From Opitutales bacterium (GTDB lineage Bacteria > Verrucomicrobiota > Verrucomicrobiia > Opitutales > PNEW01), in assembly GCA_965197745.1 (NCBI GenBank), contig CBDANS010000006.1, positions 672,001-736,000 of the forward strand: 64,000 bases of DNA. The letters run 5' to 3'. Below the pieces are notes generated by a model. The model did no database searches and was not told the origin of the DNA. It saw only the letters and a program-made list of their open reading frames with translations. Positions 9,865 to 20,390 of this stretch are shown piece after piece (positions within the stretch are counted from its first letter, which is position 1; every line of letters begins with the position of its first letter). Position numbers and translations under genes: made by a program.

Positions 9865-11130
9865 TCAGCCTTGTTTTCGTACGAAGTCTAGAATCTCTTT
9901 TCGAATCGAGTCAGGATCCTTCCGAGTCATCAATAAGATAATATTACCGTGATCACGGTTCTTGGCGTCCATAAATCGAATTGTGCTCTTTTCTGCATTT
10001 TTCGATGCCTCTTCAAAATGTTGTAGGTAATTCCGAAAACCAATTTGATGTCCATCTCCCGATCCAGTTCCAGTCATTACGAGGAAAGATACTTCATTAC
10101 CTGATAAATAGTTCGTTGGAGAAGCATCACCCCACTGTTCTTCAGTGGTTTCAAATACGGAGTGAATATGAGCATCTGCTTGTTCACGACCATTATATTC
10201 GATTAACAATCGGTGATATCCAACGATATCATAAGCACCTTCAATGGGAATAACACCTTTGATACTATTTAGTGAAATATTATACTCAGCAAGATACTTT
10301 GGGTCTGTCGCCACTAGAGAAGCTAAATGAGCACCTGATGAATGCCCGCTGATGAACAATCTTTTTGGATCTCCCCCATACCGCTCAATATTTTTAAGCA
10401 GCCATGAAAACGCTCTAGCACAGTCCTTCACATGTTCGGGGTGAACAACGCCGACGTTATGTGATTCTGGATCAAGCCATGTGGCGCTGCTCAGGCGACG
10501 GCTGATTGCAGCCACTGCAATTCCCCTCTCAGCAAATCGCATGGCTAACGCAGTTTCACCTTCTCTATCACCAATCGACCACCCACCCGCATGAATCCAC
10601 ATTATGACAGGAAAGGGAACCTTGGATTCAGGAAGAAAAAGATTTAGTTTATGTTTTTCGGGATGTGCATCTTCTCCATCGTAATAAGCAATATCTTTTA
10701 CAATTTTGACTTCATTCAATCCTGGTGAAGTATCTGGTTTCTCGGATTCTATAAATGGGTTCCTACTTAAAATTACTTCAAAAGAATGCAGCTTTCCATT
10801 TCTGAGTGCTAACAAGTCTACAGTCGTGCCCGCACCAGTTTCTATAATCTTCGTAGTTAAATCCTTTGGATCTTTTATTTCACTACCATTAACGGCCATG
10901 ATAAAATCATTTATCTGTATAGCTGCTTTCTCAGCTGGAGATTCGGGCATGATCCGTTCAACTTTGGCAGCTGTATGGAATCCCACTGACGTAAGCTTTT
11001 CACGCTCATCTTCGGTTAATTCAACGACTAAACATCCCAAAAAACCGGGTTCATATGTTCGCACTTCTTGAGAAGCTGTTAAACGATAAAATGACAATAA
11101 AATTAGTATAGAGATCGATAGTTTCTTCAT
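9865..11130 (-). CDS. Secreted PDZ domain + alpha/beta hydrolase (HSL/BD-FAE-like esterase)
   Basis: Signal peptide, GFLG...PESPAEKAAIQINDFI PDZ, HAGGW, GHSSG nucleophile elbow, C-terminal His (RDHG). Confidence 0.8.
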   Translation of the reverse strand: MKKLSISILILLSFYRLTASQEVRTYEPGFLGCLVVELTEDEREKLTSVGFHTAAKVERIMPESPAEKAAIQINDFIMAVNGSEIKDPKDLTTKIIETGAGTTVDLLALRNGKLHSFEVILSRNPFIESEKPDTSPGLNEVKIVKDIAYYDGEDAHPEKHKLNLFLPESKVPFPVIMWIHAGGWSIGDREGETALAMRFAERGIAVAAISRRLSSATWLDPESHNVGVVHPEHVKDCARAFSWLLKNIERYGGDPKRLFISGHSSGAHLASLVATDPKYLAEYNISLNSIKGVIPIEGAYDIVGYHRLLIEYNGREQADAHIHSVFETTEEQWGDASPTNYLSGNEVSFLVMTGTGSGDGHQIGFRNYLQHFEEASKNAEKSTIRFMDAKNRDHGNIILLMTRKDPDSIRKEILDFVRKQG

Positions 11131-11278
11131 TTTGTTTGTCCTTCGGTTCGAATGTAAAACTTATTGGTAAGCGAATTATTTGCAAGATATACAATAGACG
11201 CCAATGATGGGTGTGGACCTCCCGAGCCCTCATGGCTTTCAAGTAAGCCTGCTGCATTTTTTTGGGAATCCGCCTCAA

Positions 11279-11309
11279 TTGGGATAACAGAGTTTATCTG
11301 TTATCCCAA
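11279..11309. repeat. 13-bp perfect inverted repeat upstream of the TIR gene
   Basis: TTGGGATAACAGA-GTTTA-TCTGTTATCCCAA. Confidence 0.6.
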
Positions 11310-11392
11310 CAGAATTACGATAGCAACTTAGTATAATCGGGGTCATTACACCTTGACCTTGCTGCTGATGAAGCGAAAACTTTGAGAAACCA

Positions 11393-11824
11393 ATGCGCCG
11401 AAAAAAAGTATTTGTCAGCTTTGACTATGAAAATGACCGCAATTACAAGAATCTCTTGTCAGCTTGGGATGCAAATCCAAATTTCGATTTTGTGTTTAAA
11501 GATGAGACCCCAGGCGAAATTAACACTACCAATATTGGGCGAATAAAAGCGGGGTTAACGATAAAAATTAACGAAGCCACATATACGCTATTCATCGTCG
11601 GAGCTCACGCTAACCAGTTACACCCTCACGGCGCAGCAATAGGGTTTCGTAATTGGATTAATTACGAAGCCTACCAGAGCATCCAAAGCCGAAACTTTTT
11701 GGCCGTAATCAAGCTAAAAGATAGCTATTCTATTCCTGAGCAACTTACAGCCCGGTACTCAAGGATAACGGGTTTCTCTGAAGCAAACGTAATTAGCGTA
11801 TTAAATCATTCATCCCAAAAGTGA
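11393..11824 (+). CDS. TIR-domain protein (ThsB/DUF1863-like)
   Basis: KKVFVSFDYEND, TYTLFIVG, WINYE (catalytic Glu); 143 aa stand-alone TIR. Confidence 0.85.
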   Translation: MRRKKVFVSFDYENDRNYKNLLSAWDANPNFDFVFKDETPGEINTTNIGRIKAGLTIKINEATYTLFIVGAHANQLHPHGAAIGFRNWINYEAYQSIQSRNFLAVIKLKDSYSIPEQLTARYSRITGFSEANVISVLNHSSQK

Positions 11825-11828
11825 GACG

Positions 11829-12461
11829 ATGAGCCTCGACATAGAAAAACTAAAGCTATTGTCCGAACACTATGCGCATACGTTCGATTTTTTGCAGACC
11901 CATATCTCTAAACGAGATCGGTTGTTTCTAGCCCTGCTGGTGTTGGTTGCTCTACTTCTGTTCCAGCTATATACCCCGGACATATCTTCCAAAGTAGTGA
12001 GCCAGCTGGCTACCAACCAGCTCGGTTTAACAACGCCTTTAGACTTCCTATACGTACAAAGCATAATTTGGTTCGTTTTGCTGGCGGTCGTTGTTAAGTA
12101 TTTTCAAGCGGTAGTATTTATTGAGCGCCAGTACGGATACCTCCACTCGTTGGAGCGCACGCTGAACAACGAGTACGGCGGAACAGCGTTTACACGCGAA
12201 GGTGAATCTTATCTAAAAAAATACCCCGCATTTCTAAGTTGGGCATCCTTCCTCTATACAGTTCTTTTTCCTGTAATTCTAGTAATTGTGTCAACCGGCA
12301 AGATAATTTCTGAGCACCAGCGTGTTGATTGTTTCGAAATTCTGCTTTGGTTCAATACCGTAGTCTACCTGCTAATCGTTGTGTCCATCGGTCTGTATCT
12401 ATATGTCATCCACCGAAAAGACAAAGGCGCACATAACAATGCAATCACCTCGGACGCTTGA
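11829..12461 (+). CDS. Four-TM membrane protein, putative effector co-transcribed with the TIR gene
   Basis: Four hydrophobic spans; starts 4 nt after the TIR stop codon. Confidence 0.7.
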   Translation: MSLDIEKLKLLSEHYAHTFDFLQTHISKRDRLFLALLVLVALLLFQLYTPDISSKVVSQLATNQLGLTTPLDFLYVQSIIWFVLLAVVVKYFQAVVFIERQYGYLHSLERTLNNEYGGTAFTREGESYLKKYPAFLSWASFLYTVLFPVILVIVSTGKIISEHQRVDCFEILLWFNTVVYLLIVVSIGLYLYVIHRKDKGAHNNAITSDA

Positions 12462-12527
12462 CAGCACCCTTCCGTCGCTGCCGCTCCGGTCAGTCGTCGT
12501 CAAGCGCCTGATATCGCTGCGTTCGCC
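12431..12527 (+). other. Degenerate integron attC-like site
   Basis: ACATAAC-AATGCAATCACCTCGGACGCTTGAC...GTCAAGCGCCTGATATCGCTGC-GTTCGCC; overlaps the 3' end of the 4TM gene. Confidence 0.55.
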
Positions 12528-12871
12528 GGAGTGGTGATCTATGACTTCTAAGAGACCGAATGTTGTCGTTTTGATATGGCATGATCCGGGTGACTGGTTG
12601 GATTGCTAGGAGTCATTACACCTGCAACATCCACCATTTGATGTATACCTTTAATCCTTTTCACCAATACATCACTTATCGGATCCAACATCATACTTAA
12701 TCTATCCAAAAAACTATTACATCTAACTTACACACTACTATACATTATATATAAGTACTCTGCATATAACGCTTTCTTTCAAATTATAGCAGCTAACATA
12801 GTAATGCATCCATTTAGAACTCAACATGATAAAAATATTAAATATCTTAACGGACATAAAAAAATAAAGAT

Positions 12872-13597
12872 TTAAGAAAATTTCACAATCCAGCTATACA
12901 CAGTGTCGTATTTTAAATTCACACTCCTAGCAATGGCTGCAATATTCTTGTTCTGTTTATACCGTTCTAAGACTATTGGCAAATACATCTGTCTTTCCCT
13001 TTTTTTGTATCCAGGATCACATTTCTTAGGACGACCACCTGGATTGCCTTTTGATTTCTTACCTCGCTTAGTCTCATAAGATCTTATCTCCTCTGGGGTG
13101 GCATCAGGATTAATTAAGGTCGCAAGCTCCACACCATCTGTTTCAAGCTGTAATCGATTATAATCTGCAACGGTGGGCTTCGCATTCCAGTTTGTCACAC
13201 TGTTGTAATCCCTGCTTCGAATAAATCGCGTTACAGATTCCGCGACTACAATAGCCTTTTTTTCGCGAGCAATTTTTGCGGCAAGCGCAAGACGTTCGCG
13301 ATCTCCCTTCCAGCCAGCCCCAACTTCTCCAAGGGATTCAATTACATTAAATCCCAGCTTCTCTAACTCACGCTCTAAATTCTTACCCTGATCGCTGAGG
13401 TTTTGAGAACGTTCTTGATCGCTCGCAGAGACCCGGCAGTAAATAACCACCCGTTGACCTCGTTTTAGTCTCCTAATGTCACTTATGTAGTCACTGGCAA
13501 TACCTGTCTTATCAGCACCCGGTTCAAATAGCTCTGGATCCCTTTTCCTAAGACTTTCCTTTGCTGAAGCAACTTTATGATTGCTCTTTTTATTCAT
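12872..13597 (-). CDS. Small serine recombinase (resolvase/invertase) with C-terminal HTH
   Basis: VIYCRVSASDQ (catalytic Ser), ESVTRFIR, GGRPKK, IAAIARSVNLKYDTVYSW. Confidence 0.8.
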   Translation of the reverse strand: MNKKSNHKVASAKESLRKRDPELFEPGADKTGIASDYISDIRRLKRGQRVVIYCRVSASDQERSQNLSDQGKNLERELEKLGFNVIESLGEVGAGWKGDRERLALAAKIAREKKAIVVAESVTRFIRSRDYNSVTNWNAKPTVADYNRLQLETDGVELATLINPDATPEEIRSYETKRGKKSKGNPGGRPKKCDPGYKKRERQMYLPIVLERYKQNKNIAAIARSVNLKYDTVYSWIVKFS

Positions 13598-13770
13598 TTC
13601 TCGTGCAGGTAACTCCCGATTTAAAGATTTGGGACATGCAGATCGGGAGACGTAACTTTTCGTCCCGTCAGTTTAGTCCCATATTTATTATCTTTATTTA
13701 CTATATAAACTGCTTAGATTTTAAGAGTGGCTTGTTTATTAAACAGATATTTACTTAAACCGCTTATAAC

Positions 13771-14391
13771 ATGCTGGTCCTGTGTTACCCCGGCGAAACT
13801 ATGGGCTACGGCATGTGGTCAACTGGGATGAGTCTCTATCGCAATAATCTCTATTCCACTGAAGGTAGAACGGGAGGCATGGATCACAAAGTGTGGGGCA
13901 TGCTGACTCTGGCGGGGAAATCAATCGATGAATCGATAGAACTGGTGAATCGCTTTGGTATACCGGGCAGCGGGAATAGCCTGATCATGGACGACGCAGG
14001 CAACAGCGCCTCCATAGAATGGAATGCCGGAGGCATCAATGTCCTCCATGCCGAGGACGGTATTTGCACGCATGCCAATCACCCGATCGGTCCTGAAACC
14101 AGTCAATACCTTGGAGTGGATGGCACGGAGTTGCGTTGCTCGGAGTACCGCACTTTCGGCTTGCGGAAAAAGTTGAAGGCAGAACAAGGACGCCTGACCC
14201 CTCAACTTGCTTTTTCAATTTTATGCGATCATACGGACTTTCCAAATGGAGGAATCTGCCGGCACCGGGACGAAGAAGGATTCACAGACGGTATTACGAC
14301 TGCGGCAGTCATTACTGAACCTACCCGCGGGAAACTGCATGTGGTTCGAGGCAATCCATGCAGTAATTGGCCTGTGACCTACACCTTATAA
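13771..14391 (+). pseudogene. 5'-truncated peptidase C45 / acyltransferase (Ntn-hydrolase) fragment
   Basis: THANH, ILCDH...ICRH, VVRGNPC; no N-terminal part or catalytic Cys; abuts the AT-rich region upstream of the recombinase. Confidence 0.6.
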
Positions 14392-14399
14392 TATTTCAT

Positions 14400-16481
14400 A
14401 TGTCTTATCCCCTTAGGGTCATTAGTGCTGTGAGAATTAATCGCCTGGATTATTATAACTTTTGCGTTGTTCACCTGTTGGCTGCTGTCCTCATAGTATC
14501 GTTCGGCTGTTCCAGAAATAACGAAACGAAGACCCCATCCAAAGAAAGCATAAACGAACGGGTTACTGTCAGCACCGAAGGCTTCAGCTTCGTTTACAAG
14601 GGTCCTGTTCCAACGACCTTCAACGAAGCTCCCGAGCTGACAAAAGGTGTTGAAGCGGGGCAATTACCACCAGTCGAAGAACGTATACCTGAAGAACCAT
14701 TGATTGTCCCTACGATCGAGCGGATCGGACAATACGGTGGGACCTGGAGACGTGGATTCACGGGTCCCATGGATCGCCAAACGATCGATCGAATCCTGCA
14801 CGATCATTTGATATACTATGACTTTGATGGCCACACCTTGGTCCCTCACATCGCAAAAGGTTGGGAAATCAGTGAAGACGGGACCACCTTTACCTTTCAT
14901 TTACGCAAAGGCATGAAATGGTCTGATGGTATGCCATTCACCGCTGATGATTTTGTTTTCGCCTACGAAGAGATAACCTCAAACGACGAACTCAACCTGA
15001 GTAAACCCAGTTACCTGAAAGCGGATGGAGAATTATGTCGCATGAAGAAGATCGATGATCACACCGTAGCATACACTTTTTCTATTCCCAATTTCGTATT
15101 TATCGAGAACGTCGCAAGTCTGGCTGCAGGTGGCCAATCCTTTCGCCGATGGGCAGGGCCCTTGTACGCGCCCCGTCATTATTTAATGCAGTTTCTGCCA
15201 AAATACGCTGATCAGGATGAACTGAAGCGTAAAGTTAAAGCCGCCGGTTTAGAAAACTGGGGTCAGCTATTCCAACGCATGTGCGCGGTTCCCGAAAATC
15301 CGGATTTACCCGTTGTCGGACCGTGGAAAACGGTCTCTCCTATCACCGGCGAATTATTTACTCTCGAACGCAACCCCTACTACTTCGCTCTCGATCCAAT
15401 GGGGAACCAGTTACCCTATATCGATAAAATAGCGATGCATTTGGTTGAGGATATTGAAGCTTTTAACACCAGGGTCATTGCCGGTGAAGTCGATATGCAA
15501 CATCGCCATATTCGTATCGATAAAGTGCCTGTATTAATGCGGGAGTCAAAAAGAGGGAATTACCGAGTCCTTTTCTGGCCTGCCCTGGGAGGGTCTGAAG
15601 CGGCCATTTTTTTTAACCAGACTTGGGAGAGTGATCCTGAAATTGAAAAATGGATACGCAACCGTAACTTTCGCATTGCTCTCTCACTTGCTATCGACCG
15701 TGAAGAAATAAAAGAATCTATATTTTTAGGAATTGGCCAGCCACGAGCGTTTGTCACACTCCCCGATAATCCCTACTACCCGGGACCGGAATACGAAAAT
15801 AAGTACGCAGTGCGCGATCTGAAGAAAGCCAACGCTCTATTAGATCAAATCGGTTTGGACAAAAAGAATAAAGATGGATACCGTTTACGCACGGATTCTG
15901 ATAACCCTCTGACTATTACCCTCGCACTTCCAACCCGAACATTTCTGAACTTCGAGGGCATTGCTGAACTTGTCGTAAATTACTTTAATGCTGTCGGTAT
16001 AAATCTTCATTTACAGGTTGAAGAGCGCAGTCTGTTTTCAAAGCGAAGGGGTAAAAATGAACACCAGCTTTTGATGTGGGGGACAGGTGGCAGCGAAAAT
16101 CCCTGGATCTACCCGGATATACCCTTCCCACTAACACGAGGTTCAGCGTTCGCATCGCTCGTCGGAAATTGGTATGAATCGGATGGTCGAAACGGCATTT
16201 CGCCCTACGATAATTTTAAACGGATGATTGAAATATTTGAACAGGGCAACCAACTTCCAAAAGCTGAGCGTATTGAGCTGGGCAAGGAGCTGTGGCGCAT
16301 TCATGCTGACAATGTCTATGCCATCGGCACCGTGGGAAACTCCCCAGCCTGGAACGGCGTGGTCGTAGTAAAGAATCATTTCCGAAATGTCCCCGATGTC
16401 GCGCCCAATAGCGCTGCCTTGCAGAACCCCGGCATTGCCCGGACCGAACAGTTCTTTTTTGATAAGAGAGAAGAAGAATAA
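14400..16481 (+). CDS. ABC transporter substrate-binding lipoprotein, family 5 (paralog 1)
   Basis: Lipobox SFGC, LPPVEERIPEEP, GQYGGT, FHLRKGMKWSDG.PFTADD, RNPYYF..D..GNQLPYID; start codon uncertain. Confidence 0.88.
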   Translation: MSYPLRVISAVRINRLDYYNFCVVHLLAAVLIVSFGCSRNNETKTPSKESINERVTVSTEGFSFVYKGPVPTTFNEAPELTKGVEAGQLPPVEERIPEEPLIVPTIERIGQYGGTWRRGFTGPMDRQTIDRILHDHLIYYDFDGHTLVPHIAKGWEISEDGTTFTFHLRKGMKWSDGMPFTADDFVFAYEEITSNDELNLSKPSYLKADGELCRMKKIDDHTVAYTFSIPNFVFIENVASLAAGGQSFRRWAGPLYAPRHYLMQFLPKYADQDELKRKVKAAGLENWGQLFQRMCAVPENPDLPVVGPWKTVSPITGELFTLERNPYYFALDPMGNQLPYIDKIAMHLVEDIEAFNTRVIAGEVDMQHRHIRIDKVPVLMRESKRGNYRVLFWPALGGSEAAIFFNQTWESDPEIEKWIRNRNFRIALSLAIDREEIKESIFLGIGQPRAFVTLPDNPYYPGPEYENKYAVRDLKKANALLDQIGLDKKNKDGYRLRTDSDNPLTITLALPTRTFLNFEGIAELVVNYFNAVGINLHLQVEERSLFSKRRGKNEHQLLMWGTGGSENPWIYPDIPFPLTRGSAFASLVGNWYESDGRNGISPYDNFKRMIEIFEQGNQLPKAERIELGKELWRIHADNVYAIGTVGNSPAWNGVVVVKNHFRNVPDVAPNSAALQNPGIARTEQFFFDKREEE

Positions 16482-16599
16482 ATGCTACCGATCTACTCCC
16501 AATAACTTCGTCTGCGCTTGCCATTTCGTAGACTACTGGCGAGGACAGGTCTGCTTCTTCGTCTTCGTCTGGAAAATAATATTAATATAATGGTTAATA

Positions 16600-17000
16600 T
16601 ATTTAGGAGATAGACGAAGATGCAGACGAGGACGAAGATTTAATGCCTATCGTATAGATGAATATTTCTAACAAATTAATGGAGGGACGCGCGGTTGCCT
16701 GTCGGCCATAGCTCCGCTTCTGCGAGGCGACGGCTGATCGCGTCCGTGGGTTGTCCATGAATGCCGTACCCCAATACGGCCATGACGGAGCATGGCCCTC
16801 CAAGAAATCATCATAGCCAGGTGGAACACAGTACCTGCCAGCCATAGTCCCGCCATTGCGGGACGACGGCTGGTCCCTACCGCGTTTTATTACGTCATAA
16901 TCGAAGAAGCGTGCTGAGACAGCCCGCTCCACCTCGGGTTCCAAGATGCAAGATATAAAATAGTCAATATATCAACCAGGGGGCACAGACGAAGATTATT
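16600..17000. repeat. Composite REP-like palindrome cluster with nested insertions
   Basis: GGAGGGACGCG..TCGCGTCCG, CGGCCATGACGGAGCATGGCCCTCC, GGTGGAAC...GACAGCCCGCTCCACC and AGACGAAGAT motifs, all recurring elsewhere in the window. Confidence 0.75.
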
Positions 17001-17095
17001 GCCTAACCAACTTAAGCTGATAACTAATAATGGCTTTATAAATTTTATTAACCCAAAACCCGTAGCGGCTAAATAAATCTGATAGGATAAAAGTC

Positions 17096-19141
17096 ATGGA
17101 TACCAAGAAAACCGGATGTTATAAAATGCTGGTCATACTCTTTATAGCTATAACCACGACATTAACTTTGGGTTGTTCCAGGAGCAGTGACTCCACGGCT
17201 TTATCCGTTACAGATAACCCTGAACAGACAAGGGTTGACACCGATAAATTCAGCTTCGTTTACAACGGCCCGAAACCTGCGGAATACCATGAAGCGCCCG
17301 AACTGGCGAAACTTGTCAGTGAAGGAAAGTTACCGCCGGTCGAAGATCGATTACCGGAAGAACCATTGATCGTCCCACCGATCGAGCGCATCGGACAATA
17401 CGGTGGCACCTGGCGACGCGGATTCACGGGACGCGCGGATGTTCAGAATTTTCAGCGAATACAACATGATCACTTACTCTACTATGATCTGGACGGGCAA
17501 ACAATGGTACCACATATCGCAAAAGGATGGGAGGTGAGCGATGACGGGACTACCTTCACCTTCCATCTGCGCAAGGGTATGAAATGGTCCGACGGCGCAC
17601 CGTTCACCGCTGATGACTTTGCTTTCGCTTTCGAAGACGTGACTAAAAATGAAATTATAAACGCAGTCATAAGCTATTGGTTTCAAGCGGATGGGCAAAT
17701 ATGCCAATTTGAAAAAATCGATGACTACACGGTTCGTTACACCTTTCATAAACCTAACTTCGTGTTCATCGAGAGAATCGCTTCGTATACAATAGGGGGA
17801 CAAAGTTCTAAAGGCTGGATATGTCCCCTCTATGCTCCCGCGCATTACATGAAGCAGTTTCACCCGAAATACACGCCTGTGAGTGAACTGAATAAAATAG
17901 CTGAAGAAGAAGGAATTGAGGCTGCAAATTGGCAGTTATTATTTAAATGCAAAGCGGTGTTTACCGACAACCCCGAGCTGCCAATTGTCGGGCCATGGAA
18001 GCCGGTTACCCTGATCACCGGCGATGTGTTTTTACTGGTGCGCAATCCCTATTACTTTGCTGTCGATCCCAATGGAAACCAGCTCCCCTATATCGACAGG
18101 ATCAGGGGCCAACTGGTTGAGGATCTGGAGGTATTTAACGCGCGGGTTATTGCCGGTGAGATTGATATGCAGCACCGTCATGTCCTCATCGACAAAGTCC
18201 CTGTGCTCAAGTTCAACCAGGTTAAAGGGAACTACCGTATTCTCTTCTGGCCCAATCTGGGAGGATCAGAGGCAGCGATATTCATAAATCAAAGCTGGGA
18301 GGGGGATCTGGAAATTGAAAAGTGGCTAAGAAATCGCGATTTTCGCATTGCCCTCTCGCTGGCCATCGACCGTGAGGAGATTAACGAGTCGGTATTCCTG
18401 GGTATTGGCAAGCCAAGGGCTTTTGTTCCGCTGCCTGATAATATGTATTATCCCGGTCCGGAATTTGAGAAAAAACACGCGGTGCGCGACCTGGATAAAG
18501 CCAATGAGATCCTGGACACACTCGGCCTGAGTAATAGAGATAATGATGGGTATCGCCTGCGCACAGACAGTAAAGAAAGACTGATCATTACTTTATCAGT
18601 GACCAAGGGTGCGTTTGTAAACTTTGAGTGTGTGGCAGAACTTCTGGTTAACCACTGGAAGGCCATCGGGCTAAATATACATTTATATGTTGAGGAGCGC
18701 AGTTTTTTTTCGCGGCGTACTACGACTAATAAACACCAGATGAACATGTGGGTTACGGGCGGGTCAGAGAACCCGTGGACTTATCCTCTTTTCACCCTTC
18801 CTGCTGAGGGGTCTCGTTTCGCGCCTTATGTCGGATTATGGTATAGTAATAAAGGAGAAAAGGGTGTGGCCCCGACCGGTGATTTAATTCGGATGCTGGA
18901 GATTTTTAAAGAAGGCAGCAGTCTCCCTCAAATTATGAGAACCGATATTGGTAAAGAGCTTTGGCGCATTCATAGTGATAACCTGTATGTTATTGGTACT
19001 GTCGGACAATCGCCGGCGAATAATGGTATTGTCGTGGTTAAGAATAACTTCCGTAATATTCCTGATATTGCTCCCAACAGCGCGACACTGCAGACCCCGG
19101 GTATCGCACGCCCGGATCAATTCTTTTTTGATCGTAACTAA
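17096..19141 (+). CDS. ABC transporter substrate-binding lipoprotein, family 5 (paralog 2)
   Basis: Lipobox TLGC; collinear with and closely similar to the 14400 protein. Confidence 0.9.
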   Translation: MDTKKTGCYKMLVILFIAITTTLTLGCSRSSDSTALSVTDNPEQTRVDTDKFSFVYNGPKPAEYHEAPELAKLVSEGKLPPVEDRLPEEPLIVPPIERIGQYGGTWRRGFTGRADVQNFQRIQHDHLLYYDLDGQTMVPHIAKGWEVSDDGTTFTFHLRKGMKWSDGAPFTADDFAFAFEDVTKNEIINAVISYWFQADGQICQFEKIDDYTVRYTFHKPNFVFIERIASYTIGGQSSKGWICPLYAPAHYMKQFHPKYTPVSELNKIAEEEGIEAANWQLLFKCKAVFTDNPELPIVGPWKPVTLITGDVFLLVRNPYYFAVDPNGNQLPYIDRIRGQLVEDLEVFNARVIAGEIDMQHRHVLIDKVPVLKFNQVKGNYRILFWPNLGGSEAAIFINQSWEGDLEIEKWLRNRDFRIALSLAIDREEINESVFLGIGKPRAFVPLPDNMYYPGPEFEKKHAVRDLDKANEILDTLGLSNRDNDGYRLRTDSKERLIITLSVTKGAFVNFECVAELLVNHWKAIGLNIHLYVEERSFFSRRTTTNKHQMNMWVTGGSENPWTYPLFTLPAEGSRFAPYVGLWYSNKGEKGVAPTGDLIRMLEIFKEGSSLPQIMRTDIGKELWRIHSDNLYVIGTVGQSPANNGIVVVKNNFRNIPDIAPNSATLQTPGIARPDQFFFDRN

Positions 19142-19428
19142 TAGGAGTGAGAAGATTTACTGAATGCTGCAAGCGCCCGTGAAGCACGAGATTGCAAAAC
19201 GCGTGAGGGATCTGTCGGAAATTTATTAATATTCATTATTCTTCTTCCCCGGGCTTGAAATATGGCTTATCCCCGATTAAGTGCCATTTTATCAGCGATT
19301 TCGCGCTGAACAACCTATCGTAGAAGAAGCTCAAGAGATTGATATTGCTTCGTTCTACAGTTTAGTAATAAATTGCAAAAGTGCTATTGAATATTTTCCG
19401 TTAAGAAAGATACAAAAGGATTAAGAAC

Positions 19429-20310
19429 ATGAAAAATGCCACGATACCAAATATCGACCCTGAAGAACTAATCGATTTCATGAACGTCGATGAGACGGAT
19501 TTCGATTCGTTAAACCTTGCACAGCGTATCCGCCATTTAGAGGTAGAAGGCTATGTTGTCATGCCCGATATGCTGGATGATGAGCATATCGCAAGACTCA
19601 AGTCAGAACTCGCCGATTTTCCCATGACCCATAAATCCTACAGCGAATATCAAAAAGTCGGGACCTTACAACCTCAGTGGTACAGCAGCGAGGTGGCCAA
19701 GTTGATTGGGCATCCTCCGATGATCGAATTTCTCACCAAAGTGATGGGCCCGGATATAGTATTTACTCGAGGCTTTTATCAGCGGACAACGCCCGGCTCT
19801 CCTGGAATCTCAATGCACACTGACGGCCAGCCATTCGGATCATCCATCTTCGATTTCGAAGGCAGTTCACCTAAATTACTTCGCGTCCTTTATTACCTCG
19901 ATGATCTCATTCCCGAAAGGGCGCCTTTTCGTGTGATCCCGCGCACGCACATTTCTTTCCACGCGCAAGCCAACCCCTATGTGCGCTACAAGTCTCATCC
20001 TGAGGAGGTTACCCTTTGCGTCAGGGCCGGTTCGGCTGTGATCATACCGATCAATCTTTTCCATGGCACACACCCGAATACAGACCCTCACAACCGCGAG
20101 CTCATTCAGTTTGGCTATCGCCCGGCCTGGGCGGGACCGATCAAACCCATGGAAGAGTGGGATCCTGAATTTGTCGGCGCCGCGCCCGATGAGGCCAAAC
20201 CTTATTTGCAAAGCCTCAATACGACCGGTTCTGATTGGCACCAGGAGCATAAGCCAAAGGGAATGAAGAGCGATGCGCCGGGGATCAATCCAAGCCGTTG
20301 GGGCGATTGA
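19429..20310 (+). CDS. Phytanoyl-CoA dioxygenase (PhyH)-family Fe/2OG enzyme
   Basis: EGYVVMPDML, MHTD (HxD), FHGTH...R. Confidence 0.85.
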   Translation: MKNATIPNIDPEELIDFMNVDETDFDSLNLAQRIRHLEVEGYVVMPDMLDDEHIARLKSELADFPMTHKSYSEYQKVGTLQPQWYSSEVAKLIGHPPMIEFLTKVMGPDIVFTRGFYQRTTPGSPGISMHTDGQPFGSSIFDFEGSSPKLLRVLYYLDDLIPERAPFRVIPRTHISFHAQANPYVRYKSHPEEVTLCVRAGSAVIIPINLFHGTHPNTDPHNRELIQFGYRPAWAGPIKPMEEWDPEFVGAAPDEAKPYLQSLNTTGSDWHQEHKPKGMKSDAPGINPSRWGD

Positions 20311-20390
20311 GAGCGCTGGTGGAATGTTGCCATTTTAAAAACCGAATCCACCCCACACCCGATTCGGCATGACCGCCATACGGTAATAAT

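Noticed and set aside
11051..11278. 75-aa minus-strand ORF upstream of the PDZ-hydrolase
   Set aside because: Overlaps the hydrolase start and has no recognisable motif; at most a gene remnant
11325..11353. dif/Xer-like site
   Set aside because: Lacks the XerD arm TTATGTTAAAT; kept only as a direct-repeat boundary
16603..16944. 113-aa ORF and the overlapping 62-aa ORF
   Set aside because: Made up of repeat DNA with no protein motif
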